The position numbers and the translations under genes were made by a program. Source: Bacteroidia bacterium (lineage in GTDB: Bacteria; Bacteroidota; Bacteroidia; SXHM01). From it: a stretch of 64,000 bases of DNA. Of this stretch, positions 39,489 through 49,579 are shown one piece after another (within the stretch, counting starts at the first letter, position 1; every line of letters begins with the position of its first letter). The stretch is taken from contig JAJVIC010000003.1 in NCBI GenBank assembly GCA_022072225.1, forward strand, positions 28,688 through 92,687. Reading direction: 5' to 3'. The notes below the pieces were generated by a model. The model was not told the DNA's origin. It was given only the letters and a program-made list of their open reading frames with translations, and did no database searches.

Positions 39489-40781
39489 ATGCTCTGCAAC
39501 CTCAGCTCCTTTATTTCCGAAACCATACTAAACCCCTTTGGCGATACTATTGACCTCACCTATACCGATGATGAGTTTTACCTGGAAGAAGTGCGCACCT
39601 GCCGGCAGGAAAACGATTTTATAGAAATGCCCCGCCTCATCTATAAAAACGACCCCCACTGGATACCGCAAATACGCCAGGACATACAGAAAATATTTGA
39701 ACCCACCCGCAACAAACTATTCAAAAAAGGAGAAGCCATACGCTGGATACTGCGCAACCGCGAAGGACTTGCCATAGGTCGCGTAGCCGCCTTCCACACC
39801 GGAAAAACACCGCAACCCGGCAAACTGCTTACCGGGGGGTTCGGCTTTTTTGAGTGCATTGACAATGAAGAAGCCGCCCGCATGCTGCTTGAACAATGCG
39901 CCCGCTGGAACAAACAACACGGCATGCAAGCCATGGACGGACCCATCAACTTTGGCGAAAAAGACCAGTTCTGGGGACTAATGCTCACCAACTTTGACCA
40001 TCCCCCCACCTACGGCATGAACTACAACCCACCCTACTACCGTAAGTTTTTTGATGCCTACGGATTTCAAATCTACTACAACCAGCTTGTAAACTACCGC
40101 CCCGTTTACCTTCCCCTGAAAGAAGTATATGTGCGCAAAGCCCAAAACCTGCAAGGACAAGGCTACACCGTGCGCTGCATAGACCCCAAAAACACCGATA
40201 AATATGCCGAAGACTTCCGCACCATCTACAACGATGCCTGGCGCGTGCACGATGGCTTTAAACCCATGGAAAAAGAACAAGCGCAAAACATCATGCGCAT
40301 GTTAAAACCCATTATGGACCCCGACATCATTTACTTTGCCTACTACTACAACAAACCCGTAGGCTTCTACATCAACTGCCCCGAACTAAACACCCTCTTC
40401 AAATACATAAACGGAAACCTCAACTGGTGGGGCAAACTCAAATTCATCTATCACAAACTCTTAGGCGATTGCCGCACCATGTTTGTTATAGCCTTCGGAG
40501 TAGTAAAACAACACCAAGGCATAGGCGTTGAAGGCTTGCTCATCAAATACTGCCAAGACCATCTATACCAACTCAACCGCTACGACCATGTAATACTCAG
40601 TTGGGTAGGCGATTTCAACGCCAAATCACTTAAAATGGTAGAAAACCTCGAAGGCACACTCTGGCGCACCTACGCCACCATGCGCGTTATGCTCGATAAA
40701 AACATCCCCTTCGAGCGCTATCCCATGATAGCCTACGAACCCAAAAAGTTAGAACCCGAACTCGCGGAAATGGAAATGTAA
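39489..40781 (+). CDS. YghO-like GNAT-fold protein
   Basis: GRVAAF, GGFGFFECID, GPINF, YNPPYY, IYNDAW, GFYINCPELN. Confidence 0.8.
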   Translation: MLCNLSSFISETILNPFGDTIDLTYTDDEFYLEEVRTCRQENDFIEMPRLIYKNDPHWIPQIRQDIQKIFEPTRNKLFKKGEAIRWILRNREGLAIGRVAAFHTGKTPQPGKLLTGGFGFFECIDNEEAARMLLEQCARWNKQHGMQAMDGPINFGEKDQFWGLMLTNFDHPPTYGMNYNPPYYRKFFDAYGFQIYYNQLVNYRPVYLPLKEVYVRKAQNLQGQGYTVRCIDPKNTDKYAEDFRTIYNDAWRVHDGFKPMEKEQAQNIMRMLKPIMDPDIIYFAYYYNKPVGFYINCPELNTLFKYINGNLNWWGKLKFIYHKLLGDCRTMFVIAFGVVKQHQGIGVEGLLIKYCQDHLYQLNRYDHVILSWVGDFNAKSLKMVENLEGTLWRTYATMRVMLDKNIPFERYPMIAYEPKKLEPELAEMEM

Positions 40782-40817
40782 ATTCTTAAAACAATACTAA
40801 CCTAAAACCAAAAAAAT

Positions 40818-41351
40818 ATGAAATACCTTAGTATTCCCCTTGCTTTTTTTATGCTGCTGCTCTTCAGCGGCTGCCCCTATCAAAGCACTGTGCCTGTTAG
40901 CAACCAACCCGTAGAATGGGACGAGACAAAATTGAAAGCCTATACCGGTAAATGGATTTGCATGGAAGACAGCTATGATGTAGACAGCGTGTATATTGAA
41001 TCTAAAACACCCACCACACCAGACAACTCCCTTATCATAACTACCTGGGACGGGCTGTCAACCAAAAAATACAATGCCTGGCTCACGTCATTAGGCGAAT
41101 GGTTTGATGATGCCGGAATCCTTTATCTATTATACGTTGAAATAAAACAAGACAATAAAACTACTTATGCCATTTATAAATACGCTGTAACCGGTGACCG
41201 GGCCGGTATCTACGAAGCAAACCCCGAAGTATTTAACACCATTTCCTATTCCACAACCGAAGAACTGCGTGAACAGATACTTCGCATTCATAAAGAGAAA
41301 AGGCAAAACGCATTTGGTAAAGGAATAGTGTGGATGAAAAGAAATAAATAA
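40818..41351 (+). CDS. hypothetical lipoprotein
   Basis: Lipobox FSGC-PY.S.VP. Confidence 0.7.
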   Translation: MKYLSIPLAFFMLLLFSGCPYQSTVPVSNQPVEWDETKLKAYTGKWICMEDSYDVDSVYIESKTPTTPDNSLIITTWDGLSTKKYNAWLTSLGEWFDDAGILYLLYVEIKQDNKTTYAIYKYAVTGDRAGIYEANPEVFNTISYSTTEELREQILRIHKEKRQNAFGKGIVWMKRNK

Positions 41352-41360
41352 TAATCACAC

Positions 41361-42059
41361 ATGTCAACCAACACCATCATCCTCATCACCCTGCTCGTAT
41401 TCATAAGCGGAAACATAGTAGCATTCCTCTACTCATGGTTAGTGCTCTACACCGATACCTTTAAAAACCTGCGCATACAAAAAGCAAAATACAAGCCCGG
41501 CATATTTTTTAAACGCCTGCCGCTAATACTGCTCAACATTACACTCATACTCACCGTAACCGCAGTATCACTCTATTTCTTCTCCGATATTTTTGAAACC
41601 GATTTTCCGCAGCAATGGTGGCTCATTCCCGCACAAATACTCATCATAGCCTTTGTAGATGATATATGGTTTTATACAGCCCACTGGTTGTTACACGCCA
41701 ATAAATTTTTACTGCGCCATATCCACAGCGTTCACCACCGTGCCGTTCACCCTCATCCGCTTGAATATATGTATGAGCATCCGCTGGAGTGGATGGCAGG
41801 AAGCCTTGGCGTGGCATTGGGCTTAGTAGTTATTTCGCTGATTATGCCTTTAAGCATTTATGCCTTCTGGATTTATGGCGCGCTGCGCAACCTGCACGAA
41901 ATGAATTTGCACTCGGGCATAAAATCGGTTATCAACCCCTACATCCCTTTTCTTAAAAATGCCGAAGACCACGACCTGCACCACAGCCGTTCAAAAGGCA
42001 ACTACGCCAGCATGTTCAACATCTGGGACAGGGTTTTTGGAACTGTCATAAAACACTGA
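41361..42059 (+). CDS. sterol desaturase / fatty acid hydroxylase family
   Basis: HWLLH, HSVHH, HDLHH, GNY...WDRVFGT. Confidence 0.9.
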   Translation: MSTNTIILITLLVFISGNIVAFLYSWLVLYTDTFKNLRIQKAKYKPGIFFKRLPLILLNITLILTVTAVSLYFFSDIFETDFPQQWWLIPAQILIIAFVDDIWFYTAHWLLHANKFLLRHIHSVHHRAVHPHPLEYMYEHPLEWMAGSLGVALGLVVISLIMPLSIYAFWIYGALRNLHEMNLHSGIKSVINPYIPFLKNAEDHDLHHSRSKGNYASMFNIWDRVFGTVIKH

Positions 42060-42088
42060 GTAAAATCAGAATTATCAACCTAATCATT

Positions 42089-42149
42089 TGTCACTTCGAG
42101 CGTAGTCGAGAAGCTATAATTTAACTTCTCGACTACGCTCGAAGTGACA
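42089..42149. repeat. REP-like perfect 25-bp inverted repeat
   Basis: TGTCACTTCGAGCGTAGTCGAGAAG-N11-CTTCTCGACTACGCTCGAAGTGACA between convergent genes. Confidence 0.85.
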
Positions 42150-42196
42150 TCAATTTTTGCTTAACATCAAAATCTTCAGTATTCCGAAACTGAATT

Positions 42197-43501
42197 TTAC
42201 CGCACTACCACAAAAGGCATGGAATAAAACCTGCCTTCACTTGCTATGCGCATAAAATAAATACCTGCTGTAAGGGAGCTTACATCCATTTCATTCCTTG
42301 AACTGTTAAGCGTTGCAGAAAATAATTCTCTGCCCGAATAATCAAATACCGTTGCAAGCCAATTGCTGCCGGTTAACGAAGTTATTGCAATAACATTGTT
42401 GGCAGGATTAGGATAAATTGAAAATGATTCTGCCACAGGCTCATCTTGCGAAACTGTAATACACCAGGTAATATTTGCATCAACCGTTCCGCTGTTGAAA
42501 TCAAGAAAAGGTGCAACCACAGCGGTTTGTGTAAGGTCGCAGAAATCAAATGAACCACTCATGGTTCCTATGTTGGCTGTTGAATCTTGTATAATAAAAT
42601 AGCCTGGGGCATTCCCGGAAACATCATCCGTGTTAAACCAGTTCATGGCTCGCACCTCACCGTTATTGATAAATAGCGCATCAAAATTTAGCGTATCGGC
42701 ATTGTATAAATTTCCGCCAAGCGTAATTACACCGGTTGCATCATTGACAATATCTGAAATGTTCCACATACTTCCACCACCAATCATTGAATCAACGTTG
42801 TTTAATGCCCCCCCGTTTGTAAGCCAGAAAAAACTGTGATAATTAGTGTTGGTGTAGTTGCCTGTATTGTATAGTGCACCGGTATTAAGCCATCCGTTGT
42901 TGGTAAATGTTCCTGTATTGGTCATACTATCGGCATCAATTATTGCTCCTGTATAATTGGTCATTGTTCCGGCATTGGTAAGTGAGTCAACTGCAGGAAA
43001 GGTGCCGTAGTTATCTAGCAGGTTGTTATTATAAAAAGTGCCCGCATCAATAGTTCCGGTATTGAGTAAGGTTGCATCATTGTAAAGACTATCCACATTG
43101 TTTATAGATCCTGAATTATCAAATGTAAGGTAAGTTGCAAAGGTTCTGATCTCTGCCGTCCCGGTATTAGTAAATGTTCCGGTTTGCGCCAACATGCGGT
43201 CAACAGTAAAAGTTCCGTTATTGATAAAGTCGCCACCGTTGAGCAAAAAATCGCGCGAAGGAATATCCTGCAAAAGCGAGCCCGAACTGTTTATGGTTAT
43301 GGAACCGCCTGTTAACAATTGTAAATCGTTGTTTAAAGTAACGGTGTGGTTAATTATCAAATCATCGGTTCCGCTAGTTGGCACGCAGGTGCACGACCAA
43401 GTGGTCGGGAAATAAAAATTTCCGTTGGCAATGGATGTAATCTGTGCGGTGGCTGATAAAAATAAGCAGCTAAGTAAAGTAAGAAGGTAAATTTTTTTCA
43501 T
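42197..43501 (-). CDS. T9SS protein with Asn/Gly/Thr beta-solenoid repeats
   Basis: Start MKKIY at 43501; repeated N.GT..N.G; CTD IYPNP...AGIYF. Confidence 0.85.
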   Translation of the reverse strand: MKKIYLLTLLSCLFLSATAQITSIANGNFYFPTTWSCTCVPTSGTDDLIINHTVTLNNDLQLLTGGSITINSSGSLLQDIPSRDFLLNGGDFINNGTFTVDRMLAQTGTFTNTGTAEIRTFATYLTFDNSGSINNVDSLYNDATLLNTGTIDAGTFYNNNLLDNYGTFPAVDSLTNAGTMTNYTGAIIDADSMTNTGTFTNNGWLNTGALYNTGNYTNTNYHSFFWLTNGGALNNVDSMIGGGSMWNISDIVNDATGVITLGGNLYNADTLNFDALFINNGEVRAMNWFNTDDVSGNAPGYFIIQDSTANIGTMSGSFDFCDLTQTAVVAPFLDFNSGTVDANITWCITVSQDEPVAESFSIYPNPANNVIAITSLTGSNWLATVFDYSGRELFSATLNSSRNEMDVSSLTAGIYFMRIASEGRFYSMPFVVVR

Positions 43502-43544
43502 GTTGATTTTGTTTTTGATTAGTATGATGTTATGTTGATTGATT

Positions 43545-45926
43545 TTAAAATTGCAAACTGCTGCGCGCAATAATTTCATCTTTCATGGCATCGCTCAAGT
43601 CGTTGAAATAAGCCGAGTAGCCCGACACGCGCACAATCAACGAAGGATATTTTTCAGGATGTAGTTTAGCATCTTTCAGCATTTCGGTATCTAGCACATT
43701 CAACTGAATTTGCATTCCGCCTTTTTTGAAATAGGTGAGTAAAAGGCTTTTTAAAATTTCTTTGCCATGTTCGCCTTTCAGTGTTGCGGTATCAAACTTT
43801 GCGTTTACGTTGGTGCCGTTGTGCGCACGTAAATAATCAATAGCTGAAAGTGAGTTTAGTAATGCAGTTGGGCCTTTTTTGTCGGCACCATTCATGGGTG
43901 CAATACCGGAAGAAAAAGGCAAGCCTTTTTTTCTACCGTTTGGCAAAGCTCCGGTAAGTTTACCAAAACTGTAGTGGGTGGTGGTGGAGTAAAACCCTGC
44001 AATAAATTTTCCGCCACGTGTATTTTTCTTGTGTTCAAAAGCATTGTAAAACGTATTGGTAACCCAAACACTGTATGCGTCTGCTTCCTGAATATCGTTT
44101 CCGAATTTTGCAGCATTTAAAAACTCAAGCTGCATTCGTTCATTACCTTCAAAATTTGTTTTCAGTGCATGTATAAGTGTTGTGAGCGAATATTTTTTCT
44201 TTACAAAAATTAATTGTTCAATGGCATATAAACTGTCGCCCACATCGGTAACACCAACTCCCTGCACCCCGCTGAAATTGTAAACAGCTCCGCCTGCGGT
44301 AACATCTTTTGCCTTTTCAATGCAACCTTGTGTAAATGCTGAGGTAAGTGGTGTGGGATGAAATTTCCGGTTGCCTGTTTCAATCGGAGCTAGCGTTTCA
44401 ACTAATTTGTCAATCATAAAATTTACCTGTCTGGTAAAAGCAATTTTTACATCATCAATTGCTTTAAATTTTTCTGGGTTACCCGTTTCGCAGCCATATT
44501 GTTTTATGCCTCCAAAGAGTTTTCCGTTGTTCAGCGCCATTTCTAAGCAAACAGGAAGATTAAACAATGCAGCATCAGTAGAGCCGAATGTTTTTCCGGC
44601 TGCTCCTAACTCTACACAACCAAGTGTAGTGTATTCCTTTGCATCATCATCAGAAAATCCGCAGCGTTTAAGACTTTCAATAATTACCTCATCATTAAAA
44701 ATGGCAGGCGAGTTTACTCCTTTGGCAAGGTTGGAAACTATTTTGTCAATATATTTTTGCGGAGAATTAGGATGTATGCGGGCATGGTAATTGGGTTGGC
44801 GCAAGCGCACTTCATCCATCAGTTCCAGTATCATGTAAGAAAGTTCGTTTGTAACATCGTTCCTGTTTTTATCAATGCCGCCAATGGTCATGGCTTGCCC
44901 ACTAAGGAAACCGCCATGACATTCACTTATTGAATTACTGAATACCGGAATAATTTCTGCACTTTTTATGGCAAAGCAACCCAATAATTCTTTTGCGCGC
45001 GAAGGAGTGAGAATCCTTCTTTTAATATCCTGCTTGTAAAAAGAATAAAGGTATTGATCGCTGCGCCCGAAACTTATACCGTTATCAAGTCCTTCCAGAG
45101 TAATAGCTGTGTGCAGCATCCAGATGCTTTGCAGCGCTTCGTGAAAAGTAGTAGCCGGATAGCGCGGAACATGTTGCAGGTTTTGGGCAATAAGCTCCAA
45201 CTCTTCTTTTCGTTCGCTGTCTTTTTCAATTTTTGCAAGACGCTTAGCTTCAAAAGCATAATTGTCTGCCATATCAATCACTCCTTGAAATATTAGTTCC
45301 ATAGCTTCATAGAAATAATACTTCTCGTCAGATGCGTTTAATTTTCTTTTGCTTTCTTTTATCTGAATAAGAATTCCTTCCATCCCGATATTAATAAGTG
45401 CTTCGTAATCCGGAACAAGGTGTCCAATTCCACCGGTTTCGTTGATAAGATAAAATTTTGGCTTTAGCTGGTCGGTAACAAACGAAAAGAGTTCGGTTGC
45501 TGAAAGTGCTTTGTATGCCATGAAACGGGTAAGCCAGAAAGGCACTACGTCAAGCAAAAGTGCCTTCTTTTCTTTATCCGAAATCTGGAGTGGGTTTAGC
45601 TTGCGGTTTTTAAAACTGAACAAATCTTCCAAAACCGGAACACCGTGCAGTTCGGGATAGACAGGTCCTGCTTTGCGTTTAGATGTGGTGCTGCCAACAA
45701 TAAGCTCACCGGGATAAATTTTTACGGCTTTATTTTTTAGCACATGTGCTAGTGCTTCTGCTTTTTGAATAACTACCGGCTTGTTATGATTTTCTTTTTT
45801 CTTGAAATATTCGGTAATCAACAAAGCGCGTTCAGAACAAATGGAAGCTGGTGCTGCTTCAACTTCTTGTTTTAATTTTTGCAAACGCCTTGTTGATTTT
45901 TCTTCAGCAAATTTTAGTTGCTCCAT
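43545..45926 (-). CDS. glycyl radical enzyme (PFL2/GD family), substrate unknown
   Basis: GCVE Cys loop, C-terminal IVRVSGYSAYF, 793 aa. Confidence 0.92.
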   Translation of the reverse strand: MEQLKFAEEKSTRRLQKLKQEVEAAPASICSERALLITEYFKKKENHNKPVVIQKAEALAHVLKNKAVKIYPGELIVGSTTSKRKAGPVYPELHGVPVLEDLFSFKNRKLNPLQISDKEKKALLLDVVPFWLTRFMAYKALSATELFSFVTDQLKPKFYLINETGGIGHLVPDYEALINIGMEGILIQIKESKRKLNASDEKYYFYEAMELIFQGVIDMADNYAFEAKRLAKIEKDSERKEELELIAQNLQHVPRYPATTFHEALQSIWMLHTAITLEGLDNGISFGRSDQYLYSFYKQDIKRRILTPSRAKELLGCFAIKSAEIIPVFSNSISECHGGFLSGQAMTIGGIDKNRNDVTNELSYMILELMDEVRLRQPNYHARIHPNSPQKYIDKIVSNLAKGVNSPAIFNDEVIIESLKRCGFSDDDAKEYTTLGCVELGAAGKTFGSTDAALFNLPVCLEMALNNGKLFGGIKQYGCETGNPEKFKAIDDVKIAFTRQVNFMIDKLVETLAPIETGNRKFHPTPLTSAFTQGCIEKAKDVTAGGAVYNFSGVQGVGVTDVGDSLYAIEQLIFVKKKYSLTTLIHALKTNFEGNERMQLEFLNAAKFGNDIQEADAYSVWVTNTFYNAFEHKKNTRGGKFIAGFYSTTTHYSFGKLTGALPNGRKKGLPFSSGIAPMNGADKKGPTALLNSLSAIDYLRAHNGTNVNAKFDTATLKGEHGKEILKSLLLTYFKKGGMQIQLNVLDTEMLKDAKLHPEKYPSLIVRVSGYSAYFNDLSDAMKDEIIARSSLQF

Positions 45927-45928
45927 TT

Positions 45929-46825
45929 TTAACGGTATAAGAGGGTGTGTAATTCTTCGTTCTCAAACTTTAAACACAGTTTTCGCAATTCTTCTGCTGA
46001 GTATGGTTTGAGATTTAAAGGGGTAAGGTGACTTTCAATTTTTCGTGCTTTACTTTCGCCCATGCTGTGATAAGGGAGCAGATGAACTGTTTCTATTCCC
46101 ATTGCGCTTAACACGGTAATAATATCGTTTATATTTTTCTCGGTTGCCGTAAAACCCGGTATAAGCGGCACCCTGAATTCAACCGGTGCACTTTCCATAA
46201 CCAACCTGAGCATGTTGCTTGTAATCCGTTTGCTGTTTCCTGCTATTATTAACTTGTTGTCGTCAGGGTTTATGATTTTTACATCGAAGTAAATTAAATC
46301 GAGATAGGGCAAAAGCAGTTCAAATTTATCCCACGAAAAATAGCCGTTGGTTTCTATGGCTGTGTGAAGGCCTTCTGCTTTGCATCTTTCCAGCAGTTCT
46401 ATCAAGAAGTCATGGTGCAGTGTTGGCTCGCCACCCGAAAAAGTAACGCCACCACCGGAAGTTTTGTAGTAGTCAACATCACGCATAATTTCTGTCATTA
46501 CTTCATCGGCAGAATATTCTTTGCCAATTATTTTTAATGCTTCAGAAACGCATACATCAACACATTTTCCGCAACCGTTGCAGAGTTGACGATTTATTTT
46601 CAATCCGTCATCAAAACTGATGGCGTTCACCGGGCAGGCTTTTGCGCAATCGCGACTATCAATGCATTTATCATCGTAAATGGCAACCTGTGGCTTGAAA
46701 GCCATTGACTCTGGGTTCTGGCACCAGGGACACTCAAGGTTACAACCTTTAAAAAAAACTACTGTTCTTATTCCCGGGCCATCGTGAATGGAAAAGCGCT
46801 GAATGTCAAAAATAAGCGAGTGCAT
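45929..46825 (-). CDS. glycyl radical activating enzyme (radical SAM with ferredoxin insert)
   Basis: HDGPGIRT, CNLECPWCQNPES, CNGCGKCVDVC, SGGEP. Confidence 0.93.
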   Translation of the reverse strand: MHSLIFDIQRFSIHDGPGIRTVVFFKGCNLECPWCQNPESMAFKPQVAIYDDKCIDSRDCAKACPVNAISFDDGLKINRQLCNGCGKCVDVCVSEALKIIGKEYSADEVMTEIMRDVDYYKTSGGGVTFSGGEPTLHHDFLIELLERCKAEGLHTAIETNGYFSWDKFELLLPYLDLIYFDVKIINPDDNKLIIAGNSKRITSNMLRLVMESAPVEFRVPLIPGFTATEKNINDIITVLSAMGIETVHLLPYHSMGESKARKIESHLTPLNLKPYSAEELRKLCLKFENEELHTLLYR

Positions 46826-46868
46826 AAAGGCAAAATTATTTGCCAATTTTAGTTCATCCGATATTAAT

Positions 46869-46892
46869 AAACCATGATTGCAATCATGGTTT
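46869..46892 (-). promoter_or_regulatory. perfect 24-bp palindromic Crp/Fnr-type operator upstream of the GRE activase
   Basis: AAACCATGATTGCAATCATGGTTT. Confidence 0.85.
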
Positions 46893-46906
46893 TATGTCAC
46901 ACAACT

Positions 46907-48400
46907 TTATTTATCTATACTCAGCATAAACTTAGCCACCTCCAACCTTTTTTCTTCTGAAAGGTAATCTTGCGGAGGCATTTCGGGAAAATCTGTGCGT
47001 TTATGAACCGGTTTTGCAATATAGTCTGCAATTCCTTGCGGATTGTCTTTATACAACGCCTGAATAGTCATAACAGGCGGACCAATCATGCGCATGTTGT
47101 AGGAGTGGCAGCCGCTGCAAATTCCGTAATAAATCAGTTTTCCGCGATCTTCTGTTTTTGTGTCGCGGGCTGGTGCCGGTTCGGGCAGCATGTAGGAGAT
47201 GATGTTTCCCGTTCCGGCTGACTGGCACTGGCTGTAATTATTCAATCCAACTGTAATGTATTTATTCTTGTCGCGAATGCAACTGCCCGATCCACCACCT
47301 ATTGCAACAATATCAATTCCGGGTGTAGTAACTAAGTTGGCAACTTTATATGCTTTAAGTTCATCAATTGGATTACTGCCGTTGTTGCTCATAATATTGT
47401 CAAGAATAACAATGCGGTCGGGGTTGGGTTCTGATTCGGGGTCTTTGGTAATGTGAGCAATGAAATTCAAATCAGTCATCACAATACCTGCATTCTGGTT
47501 GCCAGTAATAATATTGTTTTCAATGGTAACTTCATCTGCCGCCATTATAATAATTCCTGTGCCTTTTGGAAGACTGGCCACTATGGAGCCTGGCTCGCCA
47601 AAGTTTTCAATGTTGTTGTTGATAACAAAGTTGTTGCGGATAATTACATCATAACAGGTTTTTATAGGCAGTCCGGGTGTGATGAAAGCAAGAATGCCGC
47701 CTGTATTATCGTGCACATAATTTCCTTCTACCAAAGCATGTCGTGAATTTTCAATTTCTATTCCTGCCACGCTGCTATGCACTTCGTTGTAAAGCACATC
47801 AATATTGTCGCACATGCCTACATATATTGCGGCATCTTCAATTCCTGAAAGTATGTTGTGTGAGATAAGACCGTTGGTGCCGAACTCGGGGAATATTCCG
47901 TAAACCCCGGTGTCTATTATATAGTTGTTGCGGATAATGAAATTGTTTCCGGCTTGTCCCATTATTCCGTTGCCTTTGTAGTTCATGATTTTGAAATTTT
48001 CAATCACCATGTTATTACCCGAATAGAGGATGGCATCATTGCGCGTTTTTTCACCTTCGAGTATGGGCCATTGTCCTTCGCGGATAATTCCCTGTAAATA
48101 AATATTGTCTTTATCAATGTAAACAGTTTCTTTGTATGTGCCCGGATAAACGCGAATAAGATAGCCTGATTGGGCTTTGTTTATGGCATCTTGAATTAGT
48201 TGTCCGGGTTTTACTTCTATAACATTGCGTTGTTCAGTTTGTTGTAAAGCAGCAATATCTTTGCTTCCTGCTCCTTTAAAATAATCAACGGTTGGCGGTG
48301 GGGGCACATTGCTTTTTTGTTTCATGGATACAAGGTATCCTGCACCGAAAATAATTCCTGCTGCGAGCAGTATTCCCAGAATTTTTAAAACAGATTTCAT
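46907..48400 (-). CDS. parallel beta-helix protein fused to C-terminal cytochrome c
   Basis: YGIFP, DAAIYVG, AGIEIENS, NTGGILAF repeats; C-terminal CSGCH...MPPQ. Confidence 0.85.
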   Translation of the reverse strand: MKSVLKILGILLAAGIIFGAGYLVSMKQKSNVPPPPTVDYFKGAGSKDIAALQQTEQRNVIEVKPGQLIQDAINKAQSGYLIRVYPGTYKETVYIDKDNIYLQGIIREGQWPILEGEKTRNDAILYSGNNMVIENFKIMNYKGNGIMGQAGNNFIIRNNYIIDTGVYGIFPEFGTNGLISHNILSGIEDAAIYVGMCDNIDVLYNEVHSSVAGIEIENSRHALVEGNYVHDNTGGILAFITPGLPIKTCYDVIIRNNFVINNNIENFGEPGSIVASLPKGTGIIIMAADEVTIENNIITGNQNAGIVMTDLNFIAHITKDPESEPNPDRIVILDNIMSNNGSNPIDELKAYKVANLVTTPGIDIVAIGGGSGSCIRDKNKYITVGLNNYSQCQSAGTGNIISYMLPEPAPARDTKTEDRGKLIYYGICSGCHSYNMRMIGPPVMTIQALYKDNPQGIADYIAKPVHKRTDFPEMPPQDYLSEEKRLEVAKFMLSIDK

Positions 48401-48403
48401 AGT

Positions 48404-49579
48404 TTATTGTATTTGGTTTTGCTTATCAGACGGTAAAAAACCGGAAGGTAATTTTTCGGGCGTTGAAGGTAAAAAACTTTCGTCAGTAAGTGTTTGAAGA
48501 AAATCGGTTACGCATTCTATTTCTGTTGCCGTCAGGCTAGGTTCCCAAATATGCCAGTGCAGACTTAGTTTTTCGTTGAGCGGCACAGCATGTCCGCGTC
48601 CTTTGTTATAAAATTCAACTACTTCTTTCAGCGATTTAAATTTTCCGGAGTGCATGTAGGGCGCTGTTTTGGCAATGTTGCGAAGGGTAGGAACTTTAAA
48701 GCCTCCGCGCATACTGGGGTCGTTAAAAGTTTTTTCAGCGCCAGGGTCAAAAGGCAAGTCGTCTTGTTCGGGTGTACCCAGTACGGCTATTTGCTGGTTG
48801 GTAAATAGAGGTGGTGTATGGCATTCTGCACAGCGTGCAACAAATGAGCGAAAAACATTCATGCCTTCAATTTCATTGGGTTTTAGCGCTTGATGAAAAC
48901 CATGAGCATACAAATCATAACGACTGTTGAGTGAAATGAGTGAAGCTTCAAAAGCGGCAATAGCAGTATAAATTTCATGCAATTGGATTTCGTTTTTCTT
49001 TTTATCGGGAAATGCCTGCATGAATAATTCGCGGTATTGATCGATGGAGTTAAGTGTTGCGAGCAAATTCGATTCAGTATTATTCATTTCATTTTCGGCA
49101 TAAAGCGGTCCTTGCATTTGTTCTTCCAAAGTGGTTGCACGACCATCCCAGAAAAACGATTTGAGGAAAGCTACATTCCATAACGTTGGTGCTGCACGGT
49201 TAAGCGGCAGACCGTTAAATCCTGTGCTGCGGGCTAATCCATCGCTGAATCCTTTTTGAGGAATGTGGCAACTTGCACAAGAAAGTTTTTTATTGCCAGA
49301 TAAAACGGGGTCGAAAAAAAGATAGCGACCAAGGTCAATTTGTTGTGGCGAAAAGCCGTCACGCATTTTGGGCAAACCAGTTTGTAAACCACCTACACCG
49401 GCATTGTTGAGTGATTTGTATTGGTGATAAAGTGAGCGACACAGGCATTTATTATCGGCAGTAAGCTCAAAGCCGGGTGGACAATGTTGTGCAAGTTTTA
49501 TGTTGCTTGTGTTTTCTTTTTTGCAAGTTGTTAGAAAAACAACAGCAAGAAAAAGAGTAATGCTACTGTATTTGTTCAA
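48404..49579 (-). CDS. diheme cytochrome c peroxidase, MauG/MbnH-like
   Basis: LGRYLFFDP, CASCH, FFWDGR, CAECH, FKVPTLRN, APYMHSG. Confidence 0.9.
   Translation of the reverse strand: MNKYSSITLFLAVVFLTTCKKENTSNIKLAQHCPPGFELTADNKCLCRSLYHQYKSLNNAGVGGLQTGLPKMRDGFSPQQIDLGRYLFFDPVLSGNKKLSCASCHIPQKGFSDGLARSTGFNGLPLNRAAPTLWNVAFLKSFFWDGRATTLEEQMQGPLYAENEMNNTESNLLATLNSIDQYRELFMQAFPDKKKNEIQLHEIYTAIAAFEASLISLNSRYDLYAHGFHQALKPNEIEGMNVFRSFVARCAECHTPPLFTNQQIAVLGTPEQDDLPFDPGAEKTFNDPSMRGGFKVPTLRNIAKTAPYMHSGKFKSLKEVVEFYNKGRGHAVPLNEKLSLHWHIWEPSLTATEIECVTDFLQTLTDESFLPSTPEKLPSGFLPSDKQNQIQ

Noticed and set aside
43545-45926. Pyruvate formate-lyase (pflB) call
   Set aside because: Lacks the adjacent Cys-Cys motif, and the activase carries a ferredoxin insert typical of non-PFL GREs
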